From: Tubiluchus corallicola
Taxonomy: Eukaryota; Animalia; Priapulida
DNA length: 26,468 nt
Direction: 5' to 3'
Assembly: GCA_030141605.1 (NCBI GenBank)
Contig: JAQGDQ010001121.1
Coordinates: 1-26,468 of the forward strand
Shown here: one piece after another, positions 1 to 10,865 of the stretch
Position numbering within the stretch: position 1 is the first letter of the stretch
Layout of the letters: each line of letters starts with the position of its first letter
Made by a program: the position numbers and the translations under genes
The notes under the pieces: model-generated
The model's input: only the letters and a program-made list of their open reading frames with translations
The model's database searches: none
What the model was told of the DNA's origin: nothing

Positions 1-157
1 TTCATTTTCCACATTGCATCTTACAATTAACATTAAAATACAGATAATTTTCCATTTGAGTAAATATAAATATAAATATGAATAAATGCAGTATTATCAA
101 GAAATTACAGAATGCGGGATACATGTGCAAATTTCATTACAGAATAATTTTTTGATG

Positions 158-204
158 CATACAGTTTGAGCCTAAAAGCATAGCTTGACAGGCCAAACTG
201 TATG
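158..204 (-). other. LINE 3'-UTR stem-loop
   Basis: catacagtttg (158-168) pairs with caaactgtatg (194-204), with inner GCCT/AGGC and AAGC/GCTT pairs; lies downstream of the ORF2 stop. Confidence 0.7.
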
Positions 205-384
205 TGGAAATCTTAAAAAAAAATGGGGGGGGAGTAGTGAATGAAAGATGAAATGGAGCGAGAACTAAGAAAAACTCTGATCATGGTTACAAAGTGTTCG
301 GTATCCTGTTAAACATAGTCACGTTATATTAAGATTACTGTAGGAAAAAATGCTGGTTATTACCATTATTAAATTGTGTTACTC

Positions 385-2970
385 TTAATACTTTTGAAAT
401 ATTTCTTTTCTGACGGTTTTTTTAAAAGTTAAAAGGGAGTGACTACATTTCGATTTGCGGCTTAGTCTGTTCCATAGGACTGGCCCCATATAGCTAATGA
501 AGTGTTTCGCCATATTTGTTCTACAACGTCTTGGTATATATTCATTATGTCTGGTATTGTATTTTTTTACATTTATCTTGACTGGATTTTCAAAAAAAGT
601 TGGAAATAAGTTGTTGTTGGTTCTATACATGTATATACATCCACTAAAATTAATAACATCATCCAGAAGTAATATTTGACATTGCTTAAAATGTGTAGTA
701 GTAATTGTGCTCCTTTTGTCTAGTTTGAAGATGACACGTAAAAATTTTCGTTGTAAAACTCTTAAAGCATTCTAAATTTGTAGTATAAGTAAAGACCCAT
801 AATGTTGTGCAGTAATTTAAATATGATAATATTAAACTGTTGTATAATGTTAGAAGATGTTCGGTGTTCAGAAAGTTTTTAATATATGAGATGATACCTA
901 TATTTTTTGATATTTTTAATCTGATCATGAATATATATGGTCGCCAGTCTAGATGCTCATTCAGTATTAATCCCAGAAATTTCAGTTCTTTTACACGTGT
1001 AATTCTTTTGTGGTCTATTATTAAATCGTGGTTCGCCTGAATTGGTTTATTTCGGGATCTAAACAGAATGTATTTTGTTTTTGATGAATTTAGTGAAAGT
1101 TTATTTGTTTTGAACCATATAGCTAGATCATGTAGAACTGTATTGATGTAATCAATATTGGTTTCTATTTTATGAAAGCTAAAAAAATGCTTGTATCATC
1201 AGCAAACTGAAATAAATTGTGATTTTTAACACAAAATTTGATGTCATTAATATAAATTAGAAAAAGTAGTGGCCCAAGGACTGAGCCTTGGGGCACGCCA
1301 CATTTGATTGGTGCTACATCTGAAAAAGCGTTATTGTATTTTACTGTCTGAGTGCGCCCTGTTAAATAATTCTTTAGACACATATGAGGCAAACCTCTGA
1401 TACCTTAATAGTACAACTTATTTAGCAGAATGTCATGGTTTACTGTATCAAATGCTTTTGATAGGTCGCAAAATACTCCGTAGGATGTGCCATTTTTTTC
1501 AACAGTATTAATGATATTTTCTATAATTTTTGTTAAGGCCATTTCAGTGGAGCTACCTTTTCTGAAACCAAATTGTTTATTACTCAGAATTCTTTTTTTT
1601 ATTAAATAATGAGATAACTGATTGTAAAAAACTTTTTCTAATATTTTTGAAATAAAAGGCAATAAGGACACTGGTCTATAATTGTTCAGAGACATGGGAT
1701 CATCTGATTTAAACAAAGGAACAATAATTGATTCTTTCAATTTCGTTGGTATTTCACCTGTAAGAAAAGATAAATTAATTAAATATTGCAAAGGTTTAGA
1801 GATGTAGTCGATGGTGTCTATTACGACTTTAGGTAACATTTTGTCCTTACCAGGACCTTTATTCCGATTAAACGATTTACAAGTATTTATTATATCATTT
1901 TCTGTTACTGCACTAATAAAAAAGCTTTGTCGGTAGGTACCTTTAAGATATGTACATGGATTTATGTTTGTGTTTTCAATTTGTTCTGATAATATTGGTC
2001 CAATATTGGCAAAGCAATCATTAAAAGCATTTGCCACCTCTACATTATTTTTAATTAATTTATTGTTTATGAACAACGTAATGGGTCGATTTTGTCTTTC
2101 TTTATGCATAATTTCTTTCATTGTATCCCATGTCTTTTTTATGTTATCTTTAACTGTCATCAATCTATCCCTATAATACTGACATTTTGATGCTTTTATA
2201 ACTGTATTAAGTTCATTTCTATATCGTTTGTATTCTACTTCAGATACGTCATTATTTGTCTTGTTCACCAGAGAACGATACATTTTATTTTTCCGCTTAA
2301 CACTTACTAAAAGTGCTGTAGTGATCCAAGGTTTTTTTGCTACTTGATGACTGTTATTGCTTTTCTGTAGTTTAATATGTTTATTATAAATATCAGAAAG
2401 CTTAGTATGAAATAAATTGTATGCGTCTTCAGTATTAGTTGCAGAATATAAATCTGACCAGTCACATTGATTTAAATCTTGGATAATTTTGTTTTTTATA
2501 TGAACATTATAAATATGTTTGCGCACGTATTCCTTACTGTATGTTTCAATTTTGAGATCAATAATTAGAAAAATTGGGAGGTGATCTGTTATATCTGTTA
2601 GAAAAATACCTGATTTATACTTATAATCTAGTGCATTAGTAAATATATTATCAATTAGTGTTGCTGAATAAGGCGTAATTCTTGTTGGTCTTGTAACAGT
2701 AGGAAACAGATAATTGGTCAGCATTGTGTCTAAAAAGTGTCCGGTTTCGTTCTGAGAAGCGTGGTTTATTAAATTTATATTATAGTCTCCTAGTAAGAAA
2801 ATATGTTTGTTTTGTCTATTAACAATTGCCATAGTGTTCTGTATTTTGTCTGTAAAATGGTTAGGATTTTCACCAGGTGGTCTATATATTACTCCCATTA
2901 TTGTATTTTTATTCTTGCTGCGTAATTCAATGAAAAGTGATTCTATGTCTGGATCATTGATGTGGCATAG
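385..2970 (-). pseudogene. Disrupted LINE ORF2 (endonuclease + reverse transcriptase)
   Basis: ORF 1405-2898 continues in frame through one TAA (LYY*GIRG) into 1165-1392. Frameshifts near 1180 and 760 link the pieces 686-928 and 385-630; the natural stop is at 385. Confidence 0.9.
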
Positions 2971-2971
2971 G

Positions 2972-4790
2972 TTTTACCTAACACTTGAGAACTAAAAATG
3001 AACACAACAGGTAAACAATTAATCCAAGTTTACATAATGAACTGCAGCAGTAGGCGATATGAGAATAAAACACAACTCGCACATTTTGCGCCATTCACAA
3101 AAAGAGAAAACTACAATATGGGAAATCGAAAACATGTGAATGGGACTCAAAAACAACCCACCAGGACCACTACAAACATCAAGGGACATAGTCAAACAAA
3201 TTTCAAACACAGAAACAGATGCAGTGCTCTCACTGCTTCATTCATTACATCATTTCATTCTGAAGCAGTGTCTTCTTTATCATACGATTCACTTCAAATT
3301 TTCAGATTATTTTAATTACTTTTTTTCTTTCACTGTGTGGGACAATCTAACAAGCCCTGCTTTTTGATTGCCGGCAACACATTTACATTTGTAACTAGGT
3401 GAACAGTGTGTGAGGCTATTCTTGTGCAGAAACAATAAAAATTTATTTGTACTATGTTCATTGTAGGCCCTTTCGCCATATATTGTACATGAAACTATTG
3501 TAAATGTGTCATGTTAAATAAATGACTTATGAGAGGGCGATAATGTACCACCAATGATAGTTGGGTATTAAGAATTAAGCCGTGCTTCAAAAAAATATAG
3601 AAGACCGCCACTACCTTGACATTTTGACCATCAATTGCAGTATAAAATTAATATAACGCTCTAATTAAAATGCTAAGTGCAAGGTTGAAGCCAATCCAAT
3701 CACCTCTGCATGCAGTATGGTGAGAGCCAAGCTGGCTTTTGCAATGCTCCACAATTCTAGTACAAAGACAATGACCGGCACACACCACTTGAAGAACTTG
3801 CCAAGTCGTTCACACTGCTAGTTCATTTTCAGAGGGGAATCTCTACGTCTGAACATCATCATCGTCTTAGGTGCTTTCATTATGTAACTGTTGGGCATGG
3901 AGTAGGGCACTAACAGAAGTAGAGCAATAAGTGCACATAGGCTAGTCCAAGTAGGACGTGTAGTACATGGGCTAGCTCAAATAGTATGCATCATATATGG
4001 ACTGCCCAAGTAGGACACCAGACATTTGTAAATTGTCAAGCGCTATATCCACCATTATTATAAAGTTACTTTTTTAATACAAAAGACAGCTATTCTAGTT
4101 TATTTAAAGAACTTCAAGTTTTGTAAATGTCGCTAAAATATAACACGAGTTAAAAATATTTAAGACGAGCAAGTTAGAGGGCAGCTCTGTCTGTCTAAGA
4201 GGGCCCATAATTTCATTAGCATATAGGCCCTAAAGGTTATAATCCAGCCCTGATTACAGAGCGCATCTTAGTTGTGTGGATCAAATCGGTACTGATGTCG
4301 TTTGCAACAGTCGTAAAGCAAAGCCATGGAAATACATGTTGACAGTCGTGTACAAATACGTGTTGACAGTTGTGTACAGATACGTGTTGACAGCCGTGTA
4401 CAGATTTGTTAATTGATAGTTGTGAATGATTATTATCTATGAAAAGTCAAAAGAAAATGTATATACCGTGTGATACATTTGAAAATCATTGATGGCTCAT
4501 TGCTTAACAAAAGCGTCTGTAGCTTTTACTCGATAAATGAATCTGGTTTGGCAGGTTCTTCAAGTTTTAGTTCATGGTTTCTAACACGTTCATTTTTGGA
4601 TATAGTAGTAGTAGTTAAAACAAGAAGTGTGTAGTACGCTTTTAATCTATGTAGCTTGAGATGTACCATCTCTGTTGCTAACATCGGAACATGTTTTTAT
4701 ATACTAATGCCACTGCTTTCTCAAGTCGTCAAATCCAAGCTGTTTTGCAACGTTTGCAAATGGCTACTGTAGGTGGCAGCAGCATTGTAG
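2972..4790. repeat. Segmental duplication block X (paralogue of 22468-24349)
   Basis: Collinear similarity from ttttacctaacacttgagaac onward: 2972-3960 vs 22468-23180 and 4330-4790 vs ~23820-24349, with indels. Confidence 0.9.
4330..4407 (+). repeat. 24-bp minisatellite, ~3 copies (gacagtcgtgtacaaatacgtgtt)
   Basis: Tandem units read directly; the paralogous site has ~8 copies at 23786-23972. Confidence 0.85.
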
Positions 4791-5109
4791 TGAACAGTGG
4801 CTCTATACATGCTGTTTTATTATAATCTCTTCCATTTGTAAACATGATTTAAACTCTCCGTTAAAGCAAGTGAACCACAAACGTTACAACTGCATCTGGG
4901 TTCTTGTAAAATCCGAAGTTTAAATCTGGAAATTCATATTTTTATGTTGATTAATTAGAACTTGGTCATAGTAAAAATAAATTAGTATTGTGCATATAAA
5001 AAAATTTCTGTCCTTTTTTGTTTGAAAATCGAAGTTGAAACCCAAAGACTTAATTACTTATTTTGTTTACAATTTTGTCGTAAAGGACTTATGATTTTAA
5101 TTTTATTCC

Positions 5110-5590
5110 TAGTGGCGGCTCGTGTATAGGTACTGTGGAATTGCAGCACCCCCTGGTTTCACTCAATGTTATCGACAATATTCAACATAATAAGTCTTTT
5201 TTCTTTAGTTGTTTCTTTATACTTGTACGGATTCAAAGCACGTGAGGGTACTTTCTCTAAATGGGCTCAGATATGTGCGCATGCGGTCACGCACACATAT
5301 CTGAGCCCAGGTAGAGAAAGTACTGTCCCTCACCCAGTTTGTTGTCATCTCGTACTTTAAAAGTCATGTACCGACATACTCTTGAACTACGACAATTTAG
5401 GCTATTCGTAAGCAAACAATTTTTTGTTTAGGATTTTATCAAGTTTATGTATAAACTTTCACATGTTTCTTTGCATAAAATACAAATTACAACATAAAAC
5501 TTACACATGCTTGTTTTGTTTTACCCAGTATTTGAACAACTAAAAATTTTCTGAAGCAGCCCCCCCCCTAAGTTTAGCAAGCCGCCATTG
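5110..5590. mobile_element. Putative MITE (non-autonomous DNA transposon)
   Basis: Terminal inverted repeats tagtggcggctcg / caagccgccattg and sub-terminal gcagcNcccc motifs; no clear target-site duplication. Confidence 0.5.
5242..5333. repeat. ~90-bp imperfect palindrome (short hairpin element)
   Basis: gtgaggg-tactttctcta-tgggctcagatatgtg pairs with cacatatctgagccca-tagagaaagta-ccctcac. Confidence 0.85.
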
Positions 5591-5691
5591 TTCCCATAGT
5601 TGATTCCGACAATGTGTTACAGAAACAAGAAAATGTATTATACACAGCACTGACATATAACACTTTTATGATGTCACATTTCATGTCAAAA

Positions 5692-5845
5692 ATTATTTAT
5701 TTATTGAACGAGTTAAAAAACCATTTCATGTTGCACAAAATTTGCACACCTTAGTATAAAAATACATCAAATAAATACATACATAATAACAGTTTTCAAG
5801 AAAAAGAAAGGATGAAGTAAAACTTTTATTTTCCTTCCCTTTTTA
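5692..5845 (-). mobile_element. Possible 3'-end fragment of a LINE/SINE
   Basis: (AATA)n-like tail on the minus strand at ~5692-5705 and an imperfect stem aaaaagaaagga...tccttccctttt; absent from the paralogous region. Confidence 0.3.
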
Positions 5846-6498
5846 GTTGTCATTACTTACGAAGATTTTTACCTTATACCTATTTTACAAAGACAATTGC
5901 TTTAGCAAATGAATATTTTTCTAGTCAAAATAAATACTCCTATTTTTCCAACTCTAACTTCATAAATTGAACCTAAGCTGCAATGTTGGTTGTTGTTCAT
6001 TTGTTCGTCAGTCAGTGGATAAGTCAGCATGCCAGCCAGTTGGTTAATCAAGCAGTCTGCCATAAGTCACTCCATTAGCCAGTTAGTTGGTTTATTTACT
6101 TTTTCTTTGTATTGTCTTTTGTTTATTTACTCATAGATTTAAGTAATCCACGACTAACTGACTGACCAACAGCTAGTGTGTTTTAATGGTTGATGCCGCA
6201 AGTGTTCAAACAGAACATTACAGTCACAGTCAGTAAGTATTTATTTCACTTTGTTTTCTCTTTTGTCCATTGAGTCATTCATTCACATAATTAATGAATA
6301 ACTGACTAAGAGATTTAGTGTTTTAATGGTTGACCAGCAATCATTTAGTTTGTTTTTACAACAGATGACTATCATGATTACAAGGTGCCCCATAAATGCA
6401 TTGACTCAGTACAACTTGACCTGAATGCTTGATTTACACTGAAATGATTAAATTGTAATTTATCTACACCAAGGTTAACATGCTGCCCACTGCCATGT

Positions 6499-7572
6499 CT
6501 ACGCTGTATGAGTGTTCACATGCCTGACAAGATTACTTTTCCAAGAAAACGATTTGTCACATAAGTCACATTTGTGGGGTTTCAATCCAGTGTGAGTGTT
6601 CATGTGCGTGAGAAGATTACTTCGCTGAGCAAATGATTTGTCACACAAGTCACATTTGTGAGGTTTCAATCCAGTGTGAGTGTTCATGTGCGTGAGAAGA
6701 CTATATCTCGCAGAAAATGATTTGTCACATAAGTCACATTTGTGGGGTTTCATTCCAGTATGAGTTTTGATGTGACTGAGAAGATGATCACGGCGAGAAA
6801 ATGATTTGACACATAAGTCACATTTGTGGGGTTTCATTCCAGTGTGAGTGTTCATGTGCTTGAGAAGATTACCTCGCTTAGCAAATGATTTGTCACATAA
6901 GTCACATCTGTGGGGTTTCATTCCAGTATGTGTGTTCATGTGACTGAGAAGATGACCTCGCTGAGAAAATGACTTGTCACATAAGTCACATTTGTGGGGT
7001 TTCATTCCAGCATGAGTGTTCATATGCTTGCAAAGAGTACTTCGGTGAGAAAATGATTTGTCACATAAGTCACATCTGTGGGGCTTCATTCCAGTATGTG
7101 TGTTCATGTGACTGAGAAGATTACCTCGCCGAGAAAATGATTTGTCACATAAATCACATTTGTGAGGTTTCATTCCAGTATGAGTGTTCATGTGGCTGAG
7201 AAGATGACCTTGCTGAGCAAATGATTTGTCACATAAGTCACATTTGTGGGGTTTCAATCCAGTGTGAGTGTTCATGTGCCTGAGAAGATCACCTCGCTGA
7301 GCAAATGATTTTTCACATAAGTCACATTTGTGGGGTTTCATTCCAGTATGAGTGTTCATGTGCGTGAGAAGATGACTTCGCTGAGCAAATGATTTGTCAC
7401 ATAAGTCACATTTGTGGGGCTTCATTCCAGTATGAATGTTCAGGTGCGTGAGAAGATGACTTTGCTGAGAGAATGATTTGTGGCACTGGTCACACCTGTG
7501 AGGTTTCATACCTGTGTAAAGAGTGCTTATAAAGTGTACTTTGATGGCGAAATGATTTCTTGCACTGACCAC
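6499..7572 (-). CDS. C2H2 zinc-finger array protein ZNF-A (12 tandem fingers); terminal coding exon, first in-frame ATG at 7509
   Basis: 12 intact CxxC-x12-HxxxH fingers with TG(M/L)KPH linkers at 84-bp period and no internal stops. The listed start is GTG, so the true 5' boundary is uncertain (ATG 7509 or a splice acceptor at 7511). Confidence 0.9.
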   Translation of the reverse strand: MVSARNHFAIKVHFISTLYTGMKPHRCDQCHKSFSQQSHLLTHLNIHTGMKPHKCDLCDKSFAQRSHLLTHMNTHTGMKPHKCDLCEKSFAQRGDLLRHMNTHTGLKPHKCDLCDKSFAQQGHLLSHMNTHTGMKPHKCDLCDKSFSRRGNLLSHMNTHTGMKPHRCDLCDKSFSHRSTLCKHMNTHAGMKPHKCDLCDKSFSQRGHLLSHMNTHTGMKPHRCDLCDKSFAKRGNLLKHMNTHTGMKPHKCDLCVKSFSRRDHLLSHIKTHTGMKPHKCDLCDKSFSARYSLLTHMNTHTGLKPHKCDLCDKSFAQRSNLLTHMNTHTGLKPHKCDLCDKSFSWKSNLVRHVNTHTA

Positions 7573-7673
7573 AGCTACAAGCTTTAATGGAGTTTTTGCA
7601 TAACTGTGAGACTAGCTTCCCCAAGAGCAGAGATCACAGCTCCGAGACTTCAGTTCAGTGCAGGAGGTGACAC
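7512..7673 (-). other. Degenerate relic zinc fingers downstream of a strong splice acceptor (exon start 7673)
   Basis: Acceptor ttttagttttcctttctttttgatacAG; then TELKSRSCDLCSWGS* in the finger frame and CGQCKKSFRHQSTLYKH in a shifted frame. Same arrangement at 17160-17321. Confidence 0.6.
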
Positions 7674-8149
7674 CTGTATCAAAAAGAAAGGAAAACTAAA
7701 ATTTACAGTTAAAAATGCAACATCCTTATTGAATATCAATATTAAGACTATGTAACAGGTTTAAGATTTAAGAACACCATCTAGAAACATTAGTTTATTG
7801 ACACAAAAGCAATTTGCAATTACAAATATCTACATAAAGAATCTACAATTCTACATTTTTGAATGTTAATAAGTGAAAACGGAGCAAATAGCTAAGAAAT
7901 AATTTCATTTTCTGACCATTTTTTCTCTTTTATCCTTTCTTATTCTTCCTATTTTTGTACTCCTTATACAAAGTCGTGTGCTTACAATAATGCAAGGGTG
8001 GCAATTGTCCCTCTGCCTCCCCCACCCCCTGTTGCTTTTACATGAACTCTAAATTACTAAGCAGAAGTATCAAAATAATCAACCAATAAATTAAGTGAAA
8101 ATTCAGCTTTGGAACTTGATCGTTCACACAGCTGCTTTTACTGACTGGT

Positions 8150-10865
8150 ATAAGGACTGATACGATTTTTTATTCAAGGACTTCCAAATTTTTTATATGT
8201 TTGTGAAGCGATGCAATAGAATTATCATCTGCATAGTTATGTAGATAGCATGAGTCAAAGAATCTGAAACTATCATTCAAATGCAAGTTAAAAAGCAGTG
8301 GTCCAAGAATGTACACTTGAGGCACCCCATTTTTTATTAACTTCCTGGCATTATAACTGCTCTACTTTTATTCTCTGGTATCTATCAAAAAGGAAAAAAA
8401 CCGATCATAAGGAGGCTATTGGGTTACAAGTTATAGAGTACAAGTTTGTTTAGAGGTGGGGAAGGCTATCAAATGCATTAATCAAGTCCATTAATATTGT
8501 ACCTACATAGTGGAGGTGGGGGAGGATATCAAATGCATTAATCAAGTCCATTAATATTGTACCTACATAGTGGAAGTGGGGAAGGCTATCAAATGCATTA
8601 ATCAAGTCCATTAATATTGTACCTACATAGTGGAAGTGGGGAAGGCTATCAAATGCATTAATCAAGTCCATTAATATTGTACCTACATAGTGGAAGTGGG
8701 GAAGGCTATCAAATGCCTTAGTTAAGTACATTAATATTGTACCTACGTAGTGGAGGTGGGGAAGGCTATCAAATGCCTTAGTCAAGTCCATTAATATTGT
8801 ACCTACATAGTGGAGGTGGGGAAGGCTATCAAATGCCTCAGTTAAGTCCATTAATACTGTACCTACATAGTGGAAGTGGGGAAGGCTATCAAATGCCTTA
8901 GTTAACTCCATTAATATTGCACCTACATAGTGGAGGTGGGGAAGGCTATCAAATGCCTTAGTCAAGTCCATTAATATTGTACCTACATAGTGGAGGTGCG
9001 GAAGGCTATCAAATGCCTTAGTTAAGTCCATTAATATTGTACCTACATAGTGGAGGTAGGAAGGCTATCAAATGCCTTAGTTAAGTCCATTAATATTGTA
9101 CCTACATAGTGGAGGTAGGAAGGATATCAAATGCCTCAGTTAAGTCCATTAATATTGTACCTACATAATGGAGGTGGGGAAGGCTATCAAATGCCTTAGT
9201 CAAGTCCATTAATATTGTACCTACATAGTGGAGGTGGGGAAGGCTATCAAATGCCTTAGTCAAGTCCATTAATATTGTACCTACATAGTGGAGGTGGGGA
9301 AGGCTATCAAATGCCTTAGTTAAGTCCATTAATACTGTACCTACATAGTGGAAGTGGGGAAGGCTATCAAATGCCTTAGTTAACTCCATTAATATTGCAC
9401 CTACATAGTGGAGGTGGGGAAGGCTATCAAATGCCTTAGTCAAGTCCATTAATATTGTACCTACATAGTGGAGGTGCGGAAGGCTATCAAATGCCTTAGT
9501 TAAGTCCATTAATATTGTACCTACATAGTGGAGGTGGGGAAGGCTATCAAATGCCTTAGTTAAGTCCATTAATATTGTACCTACATAGTGGAGGTAGGAA
9601 GGATATCAAATGCCTTAGTTAAGTCCATTAATATCGTACCTACATAGTGGAGGTGGGGAAGGCTATCAAATGCCTTAGTTAAGTCCATTAATATCGTACC
9701 TACATAGTGGAGGTGGGGAAGGCTATCAAATGCCTTAGTTAAGTCCATTAATATTGTACCTACATAGTGGAGGTAGGAAGGCTATCAAATGCCTTAGTTA
9801 AGTCCATTAATATTGTACCTACATAGTGGAGGTAGGAAGGCTATCAAATGCCTTAGTTAAGTCCATTAATATTGTACCTACATAGTGGAGGTGGGGGAGG
9901 ATATCAAATGCCTTAGTTAAGTCCATTAATATCGTACCTACATAGTGGAGGTGGGGAAGGCTATCAAATGCCTTAGTTAAGTCCATTAATATCGTACCTA
10001 CATAGTGGAGGTGGGGAAGGCTATCAAATGCCTTAGTTAAGTCCATTAATATCGTACCTACATAGTGGAGGTGGGGAAGGCTATCAAATGCCTTAGTTAA
10101 GTCCATTAATACTGTACCTACATAGTGGAGGTGGGGAAGGCTATCAAATGCCTCAGTTAAGTCCATTAATATTGTACCTACATAGTGGAAGTGGGGAAGG
10201 CTATCAAATGCCTCAGTTAAGTCCATTAATATTGTACCTACATAGTGGAAGTGGGGAAGGCTATCAAATGCCTTAGTCAAGTCCATTAATATTGTACCTA
10301 CATAGTGGAGGTGGGGAAGGCTATCAAATGGCTTAGTCAAGTCCATTAATATTGTACCTACATAGTGGAAGTGGGGAAGGCTATCAAATGCCTTAGTTAA
10401 CTCCATTAATATTGCACCTACATAGTGGAGGTGGGGAAGGCTAACAAATGCCTTAGTCAAGTCCATTAATATTGTACCTACATAGTGGAGGTGGGGGAGG
10501 ATATCAAATGCCTTAGTTAAGTCCATTAATATCGTACCTACATAGTGGAGGTGGGGAAGGCTATCAAATGCCTTAGTTAAGTCCATTAATATTGTACCTA
10601 CATAGTGGAGGTGGGGAAGGACATCAAATGCCTTAGTTAAGTCCATTAATATTGTACCTACATAGTGGAGGTGGGGAAGGCTATCAAATGCCTTAGTTAA
10701 GTCCATTAATATTGTACCTACATAGTGGAGGTGGGGAAGGCTATCAAATGCCTTAGTTAACTCCATTAATATTGTACCTACATAGTGCTTCTGGGCGGGT
10801 GCTTCTCTCCAAACTTCTACTAATTTCAGCAGCGCATCTCGACAGACACGTTTCTGCCCTGACAA
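8150..10865 (-). pseudogene. Decayed LINE reverse-transcriptase fragment (CR1/L2 group) interrupted by its own tandem expansion
   Basis: Before the array: CRDALLKLVEVWREA..QKHYVGTILM. After it: NKLVLY, DRYQRIKV, GVPQVYILGPLLFNLHLND (from 8328) and HNYADDNSI (YADD 8224-8235), with stops and frameshifts. Confidence 0.88.
8453..10787 (-). repeat. 60-bp tandem repeat x39 derived from RT motif A (HYVGTILMDLTKAFDSLPHL)
   Basis: 2335 bp = 39x60 - 5, with five 59-bp units. Plus-strand unit: gaggtggggaaggctatcaaatgccttagttaagtccattaatattgtacctacatagtg. Confidence 0.97.

Larger units (their letters stand above)
1..2970 (-). mobile_element. 5'-truncated non-LTR retrotransposon (CR1/L2 group, Crack/Daphne-like), with 3' UTR running toward the window start
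   Basis: APE endonuclease motifs (ESLFIEL, GVIYRPP, LLGDYNINL, PTRIT..ATLIDNIF, TDHLPIF), RT motifs (YRPVSLLPFISKILEK, QFGFRKG, DLSKAFDTVNH, GVPQGSVLGPLLFLIYIND, FADDT), C-terminal GPVLWNRL, and a 3' stem-loop at 158-204. Starts mid-endonuclease near 2970. Confidence 0.92.

Noticed and set aside
4175-4252. MITE end taatccagccctg
   Set aside because: No matching opposite terminus found nearby.
8453-10787. CRISPR array, or retron/DGR-type system next to an RT
   Set aside because: Units abut with no unique spacers, no cas genes, and the RT is a eukaryotic LINE relic whose own sequence forms the repeat.
8450-10865. ORFs 8450-9031, 9102-9569 and 9819-10865 as real genes
   Set aside because: Translations of the satellite, separated by 1-bp deletions, with stop-ridden flanking RT.
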